From NCBI RefSeq assembly GCF_009914755.1, contig NC_060942.1: a stretch of 64,000 nt of DNA, one strand, 5' to 3'. This DNA comes from the human T2T-CHM13v2.0 reference genome, Homo sapiens. A program made the position numbers and the translations under genes. Shown here one piece after another: positions 1 to 12,519 of the stretch. How positions within the stretch are numbered: the first letter of the stretch is position 1; the number at the start of each line of letters is the position of its first letter. Below the pieces are notes generated by a model, which was not told where the DNA came from, searched no databases, and saw nothing but the letters and a program-made list of their open reading frames with translations.

Positions 1-61
1 AACAGTTTTGAAACACTCTTTTTGTCGAATCTGCAAGTGGCTATTTGGCTAGATTTGAGGA

Positions 62-78
62 TTTCGTTGGAAACGGGA
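62..78 (+). promoter_or_regulatory. CENP-B box b1 (TTTCGTTGGAAACGGGA), recurring in each HOR
   Basis: Matches the 17-bp CENP-B box, core NTTCGNNNNANNCGGGN. Confidence 0.96.
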
Positions 79-228
79 TTACATATAAAAAGCAGACAGC
101 AGCATTCTCAGAAAGTTCTTTGTGATGATTGCATTCAAGTCACAGAATTGAACATTCCCTTTCACAGAGCAGGTTTGAAACACTCTTTTTGTAGTGTGTG
201 TAAGTGGACATTTGGAGCACTTTCCGGC

Positions 229-245
229 CTAAGGTGAAAAAGGAA
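229..245 (+). promoter_or_regulatory. pJalpha-like box of an A-type monomer (CTAAGGTGAAAAAGGAA), alternating with CENP-B-box monomers
   Basis: Lies at the position equivalent to the CENP-B box in the alternate monomer (167 bp downstream of b1) and resembles the pJalpha consensus CTAYGGTGRAAAAGGAA with one mismatch. Confidence 0.7.
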
Positions 246-399
246 ATATCTTCCCATAAAAACTAGACAGAAACACTCTCAGAAACTTACTCGTGATGTG
301 TGTCCTCAACTAAAGGAGTAGAACCTTTCTTTTCATAGAGAAGTTTTGAAACGCTCTTTTTGTGGAATCTGCAAGTGGATATTTGGCTAGTTTGGAGGA

Positions 400-416
400 T
401 TTCGTTGGAAGCGGGA
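400..416 (+). promoter_or_regulatory. CENP-B box b2 (TTTCGTTGGAAGCGGGA), overlapping an EcoRI site at 415-420
   Basis: Core motif intact. Confidence 0.96.
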
Positions 417-737
417 ATTCATACAAATTGCAGACTGCAGCGTTCTGAGAAACATCTTTGTGATGTTTGTATTCAGGACACAGAGTTGAACATTCCCTAT
501 CATAGAGCAGGTTTGAATCACTCCTTTTGTAGTATCTGGAAGTGGACATTTGGAGCGCTTTCAGGCCTATGTTGGAAAAGGAAATATCTTCCCATAACAA
601 CTAGACAGAAGCATTCTCAGAAACTTATTTGAGATGTGTGTACTCAACTAAGAGAATTGAACCACCGTTTTGAAGGAGCAGTTTTGAAACACTCTTTTTC
701 TGGAATCTGCAAGTGGATATTTGGCTAGCTTTGGGGA

Positions 738-754
738 TTTCGCTGGAAGCGGGA
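738..754 (+). promoter_or_regulatory. CENP-B box b3 (TTTCGCTGGAAGCGGGA)
   Basis: Nine core positions intact; change only in a non-core position. Confidence 0.92.
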
Positions 755-1074
755 ATACATATAAAAAGCACACAGCAGCGTTCTGAGAAACTGCTTTCTG
801 ATGTTTGCATTCAAGTCAAAAGTTGAACACTCCCTTTCATAGAGCAGTCCTGAAACACTCCTTTTGTAGTATCTGGAACTGGACTTTTGGAGCGCTTTCA
901 GGGCTAAGGTGAAAAAGGAAATATCTTCCCATAAAAACTGGACAGAATCATTCTCAGAAACTTGTTTATGCTGTATCTACTCAACTAACAAAGTTGAACC
1001 TTTCTTTTGATAGAGCAGTTTTGAAATGCTCTTTTTGTGGAATCTGCAAGTGGATATTTGGCTAGTTTTGAGGA

Positions 1075-1091
1075 TTTCGTTGGAAGCGGGA
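1075..1091 (+). promoter_or_regulatory. CENP-B box b4 (TTTCGTTGGAAGCGGGA), overlapping an EcoRI site at 1090-1095
   Basis: Core motif intact. Confidence 0.96.
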
Positions 1092-1412
1092 ATTCATACA
1101 AATTGCAGACTGCAGCGTTCTGAGAAACATCTTTGTGATGTTTGTATTCAGGACAGAGAGTTGAACATTCCCTATCATAGAGCAGGTTGGAATCACTCCT
1201 TTTGTAGTATCTGGAAGTGGACATTTGGAGCGCTTTCAGGCCTATGTTGAAAAAGGAAATATCTTCCCATAACAACTAGACACAAGCATTCTCAGAAACT
1301 TGTTTGTGATGTGTGCCCTCTACTGACAGAGTTGAACCTTTCTTTTCATAGAGCAGTTTTGAAACACTCTTTTTGTAGAATCTGCAAGAGGATATTTGCA
1401 TAGCTTTGAGGA

Positions 1413-1429
1413 TTTCGTGGGAAACGGGA
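1413..1429 (+). promoter_or_regulatory. CENP-B box b5 (TTTCGTGGGAAACGGGA)
   Basis: Nine core positions intact. Confidence 0.92.
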
Positions 1430-1754
1430 TTGTCTTCAGGTAAAATCTAGACAGAAGCATTCTCAGAAACTTCTTTGGGATGTTTGCATTCAAGTCACAG
1501 AGTAGAACATTCCCTTTGGTAGAGCAGGTTTGAAACACTCTTTTTGTAGTATCTGGAAGTGGACATTTGGAGCGCTTTCAGGCCTATGTTGGAAAGGGAA
1601 ATATCTTCCCGTAACAACTAGGCAGAAGCATTCTCAGAAACTTATTTGAGATGTGTGTACTCAACTAAGAGAATTGAACCACCGTTTTGAAGGAGCAGTT
1701 TTGAAACACTCTTTTTCTGGAATCTGCAAGAGGATATTTGCCTAGCCTTGAGGA

Positions 1755-1771
1755 TTTCGTTGGAAACGGGA
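1755..1771 (+). promoter_or_regulatory. CENP-B box b6 (TTTCGTTGGAAACGGGA)
   Basis: Core motif intact. Confidence 0.96.
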
Positions 1772-4700
1772 TTGTCTTCAGATCAAATCTAGACAGAAGC
1801 ATTCTCAGAAACTTCTTTGGGATGTTTGCATTCAAGTCACAGAGTAGAACATTCCCTTTGGTAGAGCAGGTTTGAAACACTCTTTTTTTAGTATATGGAA
1901 GTGGACATTTGGAGCGCTTTCAGGCCTACGTTGGAAAAGGAAATATCTTCCCATAACAACTAGACAGAAGCATTCTCAGAAACTAGTTTCTGATGTGTGT
2001 CCTCAACTAACACAGTTGAACATTTCTTTAGACAGAACAGTTTTGAAACACTCTTTTTGTCGAATCTGCAAGTGGCTATTTGGCTAGATTTGAGGATTTC
2101 GTTGGAAACGGGATTACATATAAAAAGCAGACAGCAGCATTCTCAGAAAGTTCTTTGTGATGATTTCATTCAAGTCACAGAATTGAACATTCCCTTTCAC
2201 AGAGCAGGTTTGAAACACTCTTTTTGTAGTGTGTGTAAGTGGACATTTGGAGCACTTTCCGGCCTAAGGTGAAAAAGGAAATATCTTCCCATAAAAACTA
2301 GACAGAAACACTCTCAGAAACTTACTCGTGATGTGTGTCCTCAACTAAAGGAGTAGAACCTTTCTTTTCATAGAGAAGTTTTGAAACGCTCTTTTTGTGG
2401 AATCTGCAAGTGGATATTTGGCTAGTTTGGAGGATTTCGTTGGAAGCGGGAATTCATACAAATTGCAGACTGCAGCGTTCTGAGAAACATCTTTGTGATG
2501 TTTGTATTCAGGACACAGAGTTGAACATTCCCTATCATAGAGCAGGTTTGAATCACTCCTTTTGTAGTATCTGGAAGTGGACATTTGGAGCGCTTTCAGG
2601 CCTATGTTGGAAAAGGAAATATCTTCCCATAACAACTAGACAGAAGCATTCTCAGAAACTTATTTGAGATGTGTGTACTCAACTAAGAGAATTGAACCAC
2701 CGTTTTGAAGGAGCAGTTTTGAAACACTCTTTTTCTGGAATCTGCAAGTGGATATTTGGCTAGCTTTGGGGATTTCGCTGGAAGCGGGAATACATATAAA
2801 AAGCACACAGCAGCGTTCTGAGAAACTGCTTTCTGATGTTTGCATTCAAGTCAAAAGTTGAACACTCCCTTTCATAGAGCAGTCCTGAAACACTCCTTTT
2901 GTAGTATCTGGAACTGGACTTTTGGAGCGCTTTCAGGGCTAAGGTGAAAAAGGAAATATCTTCCCATAAAAACTGGACAGAATCATTCTCAGAAACTTGT
3001 TTATGCTGTATCTACTCAACTAACATAGTTGAACCTTTCTTTTGATAGAGCAGTTTTAAAATGCTCTTTTTGTGGAATCTGCAAGTGGATATTTGGCTAG
3101 TTTTGAGGATTTCGTTGGAAGCGGGAATTCATACAAATTGCAGACTGCAGCGTTCTGAGAAACATCTTTGTGATGTTTGTATTCAGGACAGAGAGTTGAA
3201 CACTCCCTATCATAGAGCAGGTTGGAATCACTCCTTTTGTAGTATCTGGAAGTGGACATTTGGAGCGCTTTCAGGCCTATGTTGAAAAAGGAAATATCTT
3301 CCCATAACAACTAGACACAAGCATTCTCAGAAACTTGTTTGTGATGTGTGCCCTCTACTGACAGAGTTGAACCTTTCTTTTCATAGAGCAGTTTTGAAAC
3401 ACTCTTTTTGTAGAATCTGCAAGAGGATATTTGCATAGCTTTGAGGATTTCGTGGGAAACGGGATTGTCTTCAGGTAAAATCTAGACAGAAGCATTCTCA
3501 GAAACTTCTTTGGGATGTTTGCATTCAAGTCACAGAGTAGAACATTCCCTTTGGTAGAGCAGGTTTGAAACACTCTTTTTGTAGTATCTGGAAGTGGACA
3601 TTTGGAGCGCTTTCAGGCCTATGTTGGAAAGGGAAATATCTTCCCGTAACAACTAGGCAGAAGCATTCTCAGAAACTTATTTGAGATGTGTGTACTCAAC
3701 TAAGAGAATTGAATCACCGTTTTGAAGGAGCAGTTTTGAAACACTCTTTTTCTGGAATCTGCAAGAGGATATTTGCCTAGCCTTGAGGATTTCGTTGGAA
3801 ACGGGATTGTCTTCAGATCAAATCTAGACAGAAGCATTCTCAGAAACTTCTTTGGGATGTTTGCATTCAAGTCACAGAGTAGAACATTCCCTTTGGTAGA
3901 GCAGGTTTGAAACACTCTTTTTTTAGTATATGGAAGTGGACATTTGGAGCGCTTTCAGGCCTACGTTGGAAAAGGAAATATCTTCCCATAACAACTAGAC
4001 AGAAGCATTCTCAGAAACTAGTTTCTGATGTGTGTCCTCAACTAACACAGTTGAACATTTCTTTAGACAGAACAGTTTTGAAACACTCTTTTTGTGGAAT
4101 CTGCAAGTGGCTATTTGGCTAGATTTGAGGATTTCGTTGGAAACGGGATTACATATAAAAAGCAGACAGCAGCATTCTCAGAAAGTTCTTTGTGATGATT
4201 GCATTCAAGTCACAGAATTGAACATTCCCTTTCACAGAGCAGGTTTGAAACACTCTTTTTGTAGTGTGTGTAAGTGGACATTTGGAGCACTTACCGGCCT
4301 AAGGTGAAAAAGGAAATATCTTCCCATAAAAACTAGACAGAAGCATTCTCAGAAACTTACTCGTGATGTGTGTCCTCAACTAAAGGAGTAGAACCTTTCT
4401 TTTCATAGAGAAGTTTTGAAACGCTCTTTTTGTGGAATCTGCAAGTGGATATTTGGCTAGTTTTGAGGATTTCGTTGGAAGCGGGAATTCATACAAATTG
4501 CAGACTGCAGCGTTCTGAGAAACATCTTTGTGATGTTTGTATTCAGGACACAGAGTTGAACATTCCCTATCATAGAGCAGGTTTGAATCACTCCTTTTGT
4601 AGTATCTGGAAGTGGACATTTGGAGCGCTTTCAGGCCTATGTTGGAAAAGGAAATATCTTCCCATAACAACTAGACAGAAGCATTCTCAGAAACTTATTT

Positions 4701-7700
4701 GAGATGTGTGTACTCAACTAAGAGAATTGAACCACCGTTTTGAAGGAGCAGTTTTGAAACACTCTTTTTCTGGAATCTGCAAGTGGATATTTGGCTAGCT
4801 TTGGGGATTTCGCTGGAAGCGGGAATACATATAAAAAGCACACAGCAGCGTTCTGAGAAACTGCTTTCTGATGTTTGCATTCAAGTCAAAAGTTGAACAC
4901 TCCCTTTCATAGAGCAGTCCTGAAACACTCCTTTTGTAGTATCTGGAACTGGACTTTTGGAGCGCTTTCAGGGCTAAGGTGAAAAAGGAAATATCTTCCC
5001 ATAAAAACTGGACAGAAGCATTCTCAGAAACTTGTTTATGCTGTATCTACTCAACTAACAAAGTTGAACCTTTCTTTTGATAGAGCAGTTTTGAAATGCT
5101 CTTTTTGTGGAATCTGCAAGTGGATATTTGGCTAGTTTTGAGGATTTCGTTGGAAGCGGGAATTCATACAAATTGCAGACTGCAGCGTTCTGAGAAACAT
5201 CTTTGTGATGTTTGTATTCAGGACAGAGAGTTGAACATTCCCTATCATAGAGCAGGTTGGAATCACTCCTTTTGTAGTATCTGGAAGTGGACATTTGGAG
5301 CGCTTTCAGGCCTATGTTGAAAAAGGAAATATCTTCCCATAACAACTAGACACAAGCATTCTCAGAAACTTGTTTGTGATGTGTGCCCTCTACTGACAGA
5401 GTTGAACCTTTCTTTTCATAGAGCAGTTTTGAAACACTCTTTTTGTAGAATCTGCAAGAGGATATTTGCATAGCTTTGAGGATTTCGTGGGAAACGGGAT
5501 TGTCTTCAGGTAAAATCTAGACAGAAGCATTCTCAGAAACTTCTTTGGGATGTTTGCATTCAAGTCACAGAGCAGAACATTCCCTTTGGTAGAGCAGGTT
5601 TGAAACACTCTTTTTGTAGTATCTGGAAGTGGACATTTGGAGCGCTTTCAGGCCTATGTTGGAAAGGGAAATATCTTCCCGTAACAACTAGGCAGAAGCA
5701 TTCTCAGAAACTCATTTGAGATGTGTGTACTCAACTAAGAGAATTGAACCACCGTTTTGAAGGAGCAGTTTTGAAACACTCTTTTTCTGGAATCTGCAAG
5801 AGGATATTTGCCTAGCCTTGAGGATTTCGTTGGAAACGGGATTGTCTTCAGATCAAATCTAGACAGAAGCATTCTCAGAAACTTCTTTGGGATGTTTGCA
5901 TTCATGTCACACAGTAGAACATTCCCTTTGGTAGAGCAGGTTTGAAACACTCTTTTTTAAGTATATGGAAGTGGACATTTGGAGCGCTTTCAGGCCTACG
6001 TTGGAAAAGGAAATATCTTCCCATAACAACTAGACAGAAGCATTCTCAGAAACTAGTTTCTGATGTGTGTCCTCAACTAACACAGTTGAACATTTCTTTA
6101 GACAGAACAGTTTTGAAACACTCTTTTTGTGGAATCTGCAAGTGGCTATTTGGCTAGATTTGAGGATTTCGTTGGAAACGGGATTACATATAAAAAGCAG
6201 ACAGCAGCATTCTCAGAAAGTTCTTTGTGATGATTGCATTCAAGTCACAGAATTGAACATTCCCTTTCACAGAGCAGGTTTGAAACACTCTTTTTGTAGT
6301 GTGTGTAAGTGGACATTTGGAGCACTTTCCGGCCTAAGGTGAAAAAGGAAATATCTTCCCATAAAAACTAGACAGAAACACTCTCAGAAACTTACTCGTG
6401 ATGTGTGTCCTCAACTAAAGGAGTAGAACCTTTCTTTTCATAGAGAAGTTTTGAAACGCTCTTTTTGTGGAATCTGCAAGTGGATATTTGGCTAGTTTGG
6501 AGGATTTCGTTGGAAGCGGGAATTCATACAAATTGCAGACTGCAGCGTTCTGAGAAACATCTTTGTGATGTTTGTATTCAGGACACAGAGTTGAACATTC
6601 CCTATCATAGAGCAGGTTTGAATCACTCCTTTTGTAGTATCTGGAAGAGGACATTTGGAGCGCTTTCAGGCCTATGTTGGAAAAGGAAATATCTTCCCAT
6701 AACAACTAGACAGAAGCATTCTCAGAAACTTATTTGAGATGTGTGTACTCAACTAAGAGAATTGAACCACCGTTTTGAAGGAGCAGTTTTGAAACACTCT
6801 TTTTCTGGAATCTGCAAGTGGATATTTGGCTAGCTTTGGGGATTTCGCTGGAAGCGGGAATACATATAAAAAGCACACAGCAGCGTTCTGAGAAACTGCT
6901 TTCTGATGTTTGCATTCAAGTCAAAAGTTGAACACTCCCTTTCATAGAGCAGTCCTGAAACACTCCTTTTGTAGTATCTGGAACTGGACTTTTGGAGCGC
7001 TTTCAGGGCTAAGGTGAAAAAGGAAATATCTTCCCATAAAAACTGGACAGAATCATTCTCAGAAACTTGTTTATGCTGTATCTACTCAACTAACATAGTT
7101 GAACCTTTCTTTTGATAGAGCAGTTTTAAAATGCTCTTTTTGTGGAATCTGCAAGTGGATATTTGGCTAGTTTTGAGGATTTCGTTGGAAGCGGGAATTC
7201 ATACAAATTGCAGACTGCAGCGTTCTGAGAAACATCTTTGTGATGTTTGTATTCAGGACAGAGAGTTGAACACTCCCTATCATAGAGCAGGTTGGAATCA
7301 CTCCTTTTGTAGTATCTGGAAGTGGACATTTGGAGCGCTTTCAGGCCTATGTTGAAAAAGGAAATATCTTCCCATAACAACTAGACACAAGCATTCTCAG
7401 AAACTTGTTTGTGATGTGTGCCCTCTACTGACAGAGTTGAACCTTTCTTTTCATAGAGCAGTTTTGAAACACTCTTTTTGTAGAATCTGCAAGAGGATAT
7501 TTGCATAGCTTTGAGGATTTCGTGGGAAACGGGATTGTCTTCAGGTAAAATCTAGACAGAAGCATTCTCAGAAACTTCTTTGGGATGTTTGCATTCAAGT
7601 CACAGAGTAGAACATTCCCTTTGGTAGAGCAGGTTTGAAACACTCTTTTTGTAGTATCTGGAAGTGGACATTTGGAGCGCTTTCAGGCCTATGTTGGAAA

Positions 7701-10700
7701 GGGAAATATCTTCCCGTAACAACTAGGCAGAAGCATTCTCAGAAACTTATTTGAGATGTGTGTACTCAACTAAGAGAATTGAATCACCGTTTTGAAGGAG
7801 CAGTTTTGAAACACTCTTTTTCTGGAATCTGCAAGAGGATATTTGCCTAGCCTTGAGGATTTCGTTGGAAACGGGATTGTCTTCAGATCAAATCTAGACA
7901 GAAGCATTCTCAGAAACTTCTTTGGGATGTTTGCATTCAAGTCACAGAGTAGAACATTCCCTTTGGTAGAGCAGGTTTGAAACACTCTTTTTTTAGTATA
8001 TGGAAGTGGACATTTGGAGCGCTTTCAGGCCTACGTTGGAAAAGGAAATATCTTCCCATAACAACTAGACAGAAGCATTCTCAGAAACTAGTTTCTGATG
8101 TGTGTCCTCAACTAACACAGTTGAACATTTCTTTAGACAGAACAGTTTTGAAACACTCTTTTTGTGGAATCTGCAAGTGGCTATTTGGCTAGATTTGAGG
8201 ATTTCGTTGGAAACGGGATTACATATAAAAAGCAGACAGCAGCATTCTCAGAAAGTTCTTTGTGATGATTGCATTCAAGTCACAGAATTGAACATTCCCT
8301 TTCACAGAGCAGGTTTGAAACACTCTTTTTGTAGTGTGTGTAAGTGGACATTTGGAGCACTTTCCGGCCTAAGGTGAAAAAGGAAATATCTTCCCATAAA
8401 AACTAGACAGAAGCATTCTCAGAAACTTACTCGTGATGTGTGTCCTCAACTAAAGGAGTAGAACCTTTCTTTTCATAGAGAAGTTTTGAAACGCTCTTTT
8501 TGTGGAATCTGCAAGTGGATATTTGGCTAGTTTTGAGGATTTCGTTGGAAGCGGGAATTCATACAAATTGCAGACTGCAGCGTTCTGAGAAACATCTTTG
8601 TGATGTTTGTATTCAGGACACAGAGTTGAACATTCCCTATCATAGAGCAGGTTTGAATCACTCCTTTTGTAGTATCTGGAAGTGGACATTTGGAGCGCTT
8701 TCAGGCCTATGTTGGAAAAGGAAATATCTTCCCATAACAACTAGACAGAAGCATTCTCAGAAACTTATTTGAGATGTGTGTACTCAACTAAGAGAATTGA
8801 ACCACCGTTTTGAAGGAGCAGTTTTGAAACACTCTTTTTCTGGAATCTGCAAGTGGATATTTGGCTAGCTTTGGGGATTTCGCTGGAAGCGGGAATACAT
8901 ATAAAAAGCACACAGCAGCGTTCTGAGAAACTGCTTTCTGATGTTTGCATTCAAGTCAAAAGTTGAACACTCCCTTTCATAGAGCAGTCCTGAAACACTC
9001 CTTTTGTAGTATCTGGAACTGGACTTTTGGAGCGCTTTCAGGGCTAAGGTGAAAAAGGAAATATCTTCCCATAAAAACTGGACAGAAGCATTCTCAGAAA
9101 CTTGTTTATGCTGTATCTACTCAACTAACAAAGTTGAACCTTTCTTTTGATAGAGCAGTTTTGAAATGCTCTTTTTGTGGAATCTGCAAGTGGATATTTG
9201 GCTAGTTTTGAGGATTTCGTTGGAAGCGGGAATTCATACAAATTGCAGACTGCAGCGTTCTGAGAAACATCTTTGTGATGTTTGTATTCAGGACAGAGAG
9301 TTGAACATTCCCTATCATAGAGCAGGTTGGAATCACTCCTTTTGTAGTATCTGGAAGTGGACATTTGGAGCGCTTTCAGGCCTATGTTGAAAAAGGAAAT
9401 ATCTTCCCATAACAACTAGACACAAGCATTCTCAGAAACTTGTTTGTGATGTGTGCCCTCTACTGACAGAGTTGAACCTTTCTTTTCATAGAGCAGTTTT
9501 GAAACACTCTTTTTGTAGAATCTGCAAGAGGATATTTGCATAGCTTTGAGGATTTCGTGGGAAACGGGATTGTCTTCAGGTAAAATCTAGACAGAAGCAT
9601 TCTCAGAAACTTCTTTGGGATGTTTGCATTCAAGTCACAGAGCAGAACATTCCCTTTGGTAGAGCAGGTTTGAAACACTCTTTTTGTAGTATCTGGAAGT
9701 GGACATTTGGAGCGCTTTCAGGCCTATGTTGGAAAGGGAAATATCTTCCCGTAACAACTAGGCAGAAGCATTCTCAGAAACTCATTTGAGATGTGTGTAC
9801 TCAACTAAGAGAATTGAACCACCGTTTTGAAGGAGCAGTTTTGAAACACTCTTTTTCTGGAATCTGCAAGAGGATATTTGCCTAGCCTTGAGGATTTCGT
9901 TGGAAACGGGATTGTCTTCAGATCAAATCTAGACAGAAGCATTCTCAGAAACTTCTTTGGGATGTTTGCATTCATGTCACACAGTAGAACATTCCCTTTG
10001 GTAGAGCAGGTTTGAAACACTCTTTTTTAAGTATATGGAAGTGGACATTTGGAGCGCTTTCAGGCCTACGTTGGAAAAGGAAATATCTTCCCATAACAAC
10101 TAGACAGAAGCATTCTCAGAAACTAGTTTCTGATGTGTGTCCTCAACTAACACAGTTGAACATTTCTTTAGACAGAACAGTTTTGAAACACTCTTTTTGT
10201 GGAATCTGCAAGTGGCTATTTGGCTAGATTTGAGGATTTCGTTGGAAACGGGATTACATATAAAAAGCAGACAGCAGCATTCTCAGAAAGTTCTTTGTGA
10301 TGATTGCATTCAAGTCACAGAATTGAACATTCCCTTTCACAGAGCAGGTTTGAAACACTCTTTTTGTAGTGTGTGTAAGTGGACATTTGGAGCACTTTCC
10401 GGCCTAAGGTGAAAAAGGAAATATCTTCCCATAAAAACTAGACAGAAGCATTCTCAGAAACTTACTCGTGATGTGTGTCCTCAACTAAAGGAGTAGAACC
10501 TTTCTTTTCATAGAGAAGTTTTGAAACGCTCTTTTTGTGGAATCTGCAAGTGGATATTTGGCTAGTTTTGAGGATTTCGTTGGAAGCGGGAATTCATACA
10601 AATTGCAGACTGCAGCGTTCTGAGAAACATCTTTGTGATGTTTGTATTCAGGACACAGAGTTGAACATTCCCTATCATAGAGCAGGTTTGAATCACTCCT

Positions 10701-12519
10701 TTTGTAGTATCTGGAAGTGGACATTTGGAGCGCTTTCAGGCCTATGTTGGAAAAGGAAATATCTTCCCATAACAACTAGACAGAAGCATTCTCAGAAACT
10801 TATTTGAGATGTGTGTACTCAACTAAGAGAACTGAACCACCGTTTTGAAGGAGCAGTTTTGAAACACTCTTTTTCTGGAATCTGCAAGTGGATATTTGGC
10901 TAGCTTTGGGGATTTCGCTGGAAGCGGGAATACATATAAAAAGCACACAGCAGCGTTCTGAGAAACTGCTTTCTGATGTTTGCATTCAAGTCAAAAGTTG
11001 AACACTCCCTTTCATAGAGCAGTCCTGAAACACTCCTTTTGTAGTATCTGGAACTGGACTTTTGGAGCGCTTTCAGGGCTAAGGTGAAAAAGGAAATATC
11101 TTCCCATAAAAACTGGACAGAAGCATTCTCAGAAACTTGTTTATGCTGTATCTACTCAACTAACAAAGTTGAACCTTTCTTTTGATAGAGCAGTTTTGAA
11201 ATGCTCTTTTTGTGGAATCTGCAAGTGGATATTTGGCTAGTTTTGAGGATTTCGTTGGAAGCGGGAATTCATACAAATTGCAGACTGCAGCGTTCTGAGA
11301 AACATCTTTGTGATGTTTGTATTCAGGACAGAGAGTTGAACATTCCCTATCATAGAGCAGGTTGGAATCACTCCTTTTGTAGTATCTGGAAGTGGACATT
11401 TGGAGCGCTTTCAGGCCTATGTTGAAAAAGGAAATATCTTCCCATAACAACTAGACACAAGCATTCTCAGAAACTTGTTTGTGATGTGTGCCCTCTACTG
11501 ACAGAGTTGAACCTTTCTTTTCATAGAGCAGTTTTGAAACACTCTTTTTGTAGAATCTGCAAGAGGATATTTGCATAGCTTTGAGGATTTCGTGGGAAAC
11601 GGGATTGTCTTCAGGTAAAATCTAGACAGAAGCATTCTCAGAAACTTCTTTGGGATGTTTGCATTCAAGTCACAGAGTAGAACATTCCCTTTGGTAGAGC
11701 AGGTTTGAAACACTCTTTTTGTAGTATCTGGAAGTGGACATTTGGAGCGCTTTCAGGCTTATGTTGGAAAGGGAAATATCTTCCCGTAACAACTAGGCAG
11801 AAGCATTCTCAGAAACTTATTTGAGATGTGTGTACTCAACTAAGAGAATTGAACCACCGTTTTGAAGGAGCAGTTTTGAAACACTCTTTTTCTGGAATCT
11901 GCAAGAGGATATTTGCCTAGCCTTGAGGATTTCGTTGGAAACGGGATTGTCTTCAGATCAAATCTAGACAGAAGCATTCTCAGAAACTTCTTTGGGATGT
12001 TTGCATTCAAGTCACAGAGTAGAACATTCCCTTTGGTAGAGCAGCTTTGAAACACTCTTTTTTTAGTATATGGAAGTGGACATTTGGAGCGCTTTCAGGC
12101 CTACGTTGGAAAAGGAAATATCTTCCCATAACAACTAGACAGAAGCATTCTCAGAAACTAGTTTCTGATGTGTGTCCTCAACTAACACAGTTGAACATTT
12201 CTTTAGACAGAACAGTTTTGAAACACTCTTTTTGTGGAATCTGCAAGTGGCTATTTGGCTAGATTTGAGGATTTCGTTGGAAACGGGATTACATGTAAAA
12301 AGCAGACAGCAGCATTCTCAGAAAGTTCTTTGTGATGATTGCATTCAAGTCACAGAATTGAACATTCCCTTTCACAGAGCAGGTTTGAAACACTCTTTTT
12401 GTAGTGTGTGTAAGTGGACATTTGGAGCACTTTCCGGCCTAAGGTGAAAAAGGAAATATCTTCCCATAAAAACTAGACAGAAGCATTCTCAGAAACTTAC
12501 TCGTGATGTGTGTCCTCAA

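Larger units (their letters stand above)
310..2344 (+). repeat. Representative canonical 12-mer HOR unit (2035 bp; arbitrary phase), six dimers
   Basis: CENP-B boxes start at 62, 400, 738, 1075, 1413, 1755 and 2097. Spacings of 338, 338, 337, 338, 342 and 342 sum to 2035. Confidence 0.97.

Noticed and set aside
429-452. Short dyads TGCAGACTGCA and TTCTGAGAA/TTCTCAGAA as possible terminators or cruciforms
   Set aside because: Stems are only 4-5 bp, and short dyad symmetries are a known generic property of alpha satellite; no function is supportable from sequence.
310-2344. Assignment to the X-chromosome 12-mer DXZ1
   Set aside because: DXZ1 is a pentamer-derived SF3 HOR of about 2057 bp. This unit is 2035 bp with strict dimeric alternation of CENP-B-box and pJalpha-type monomers.
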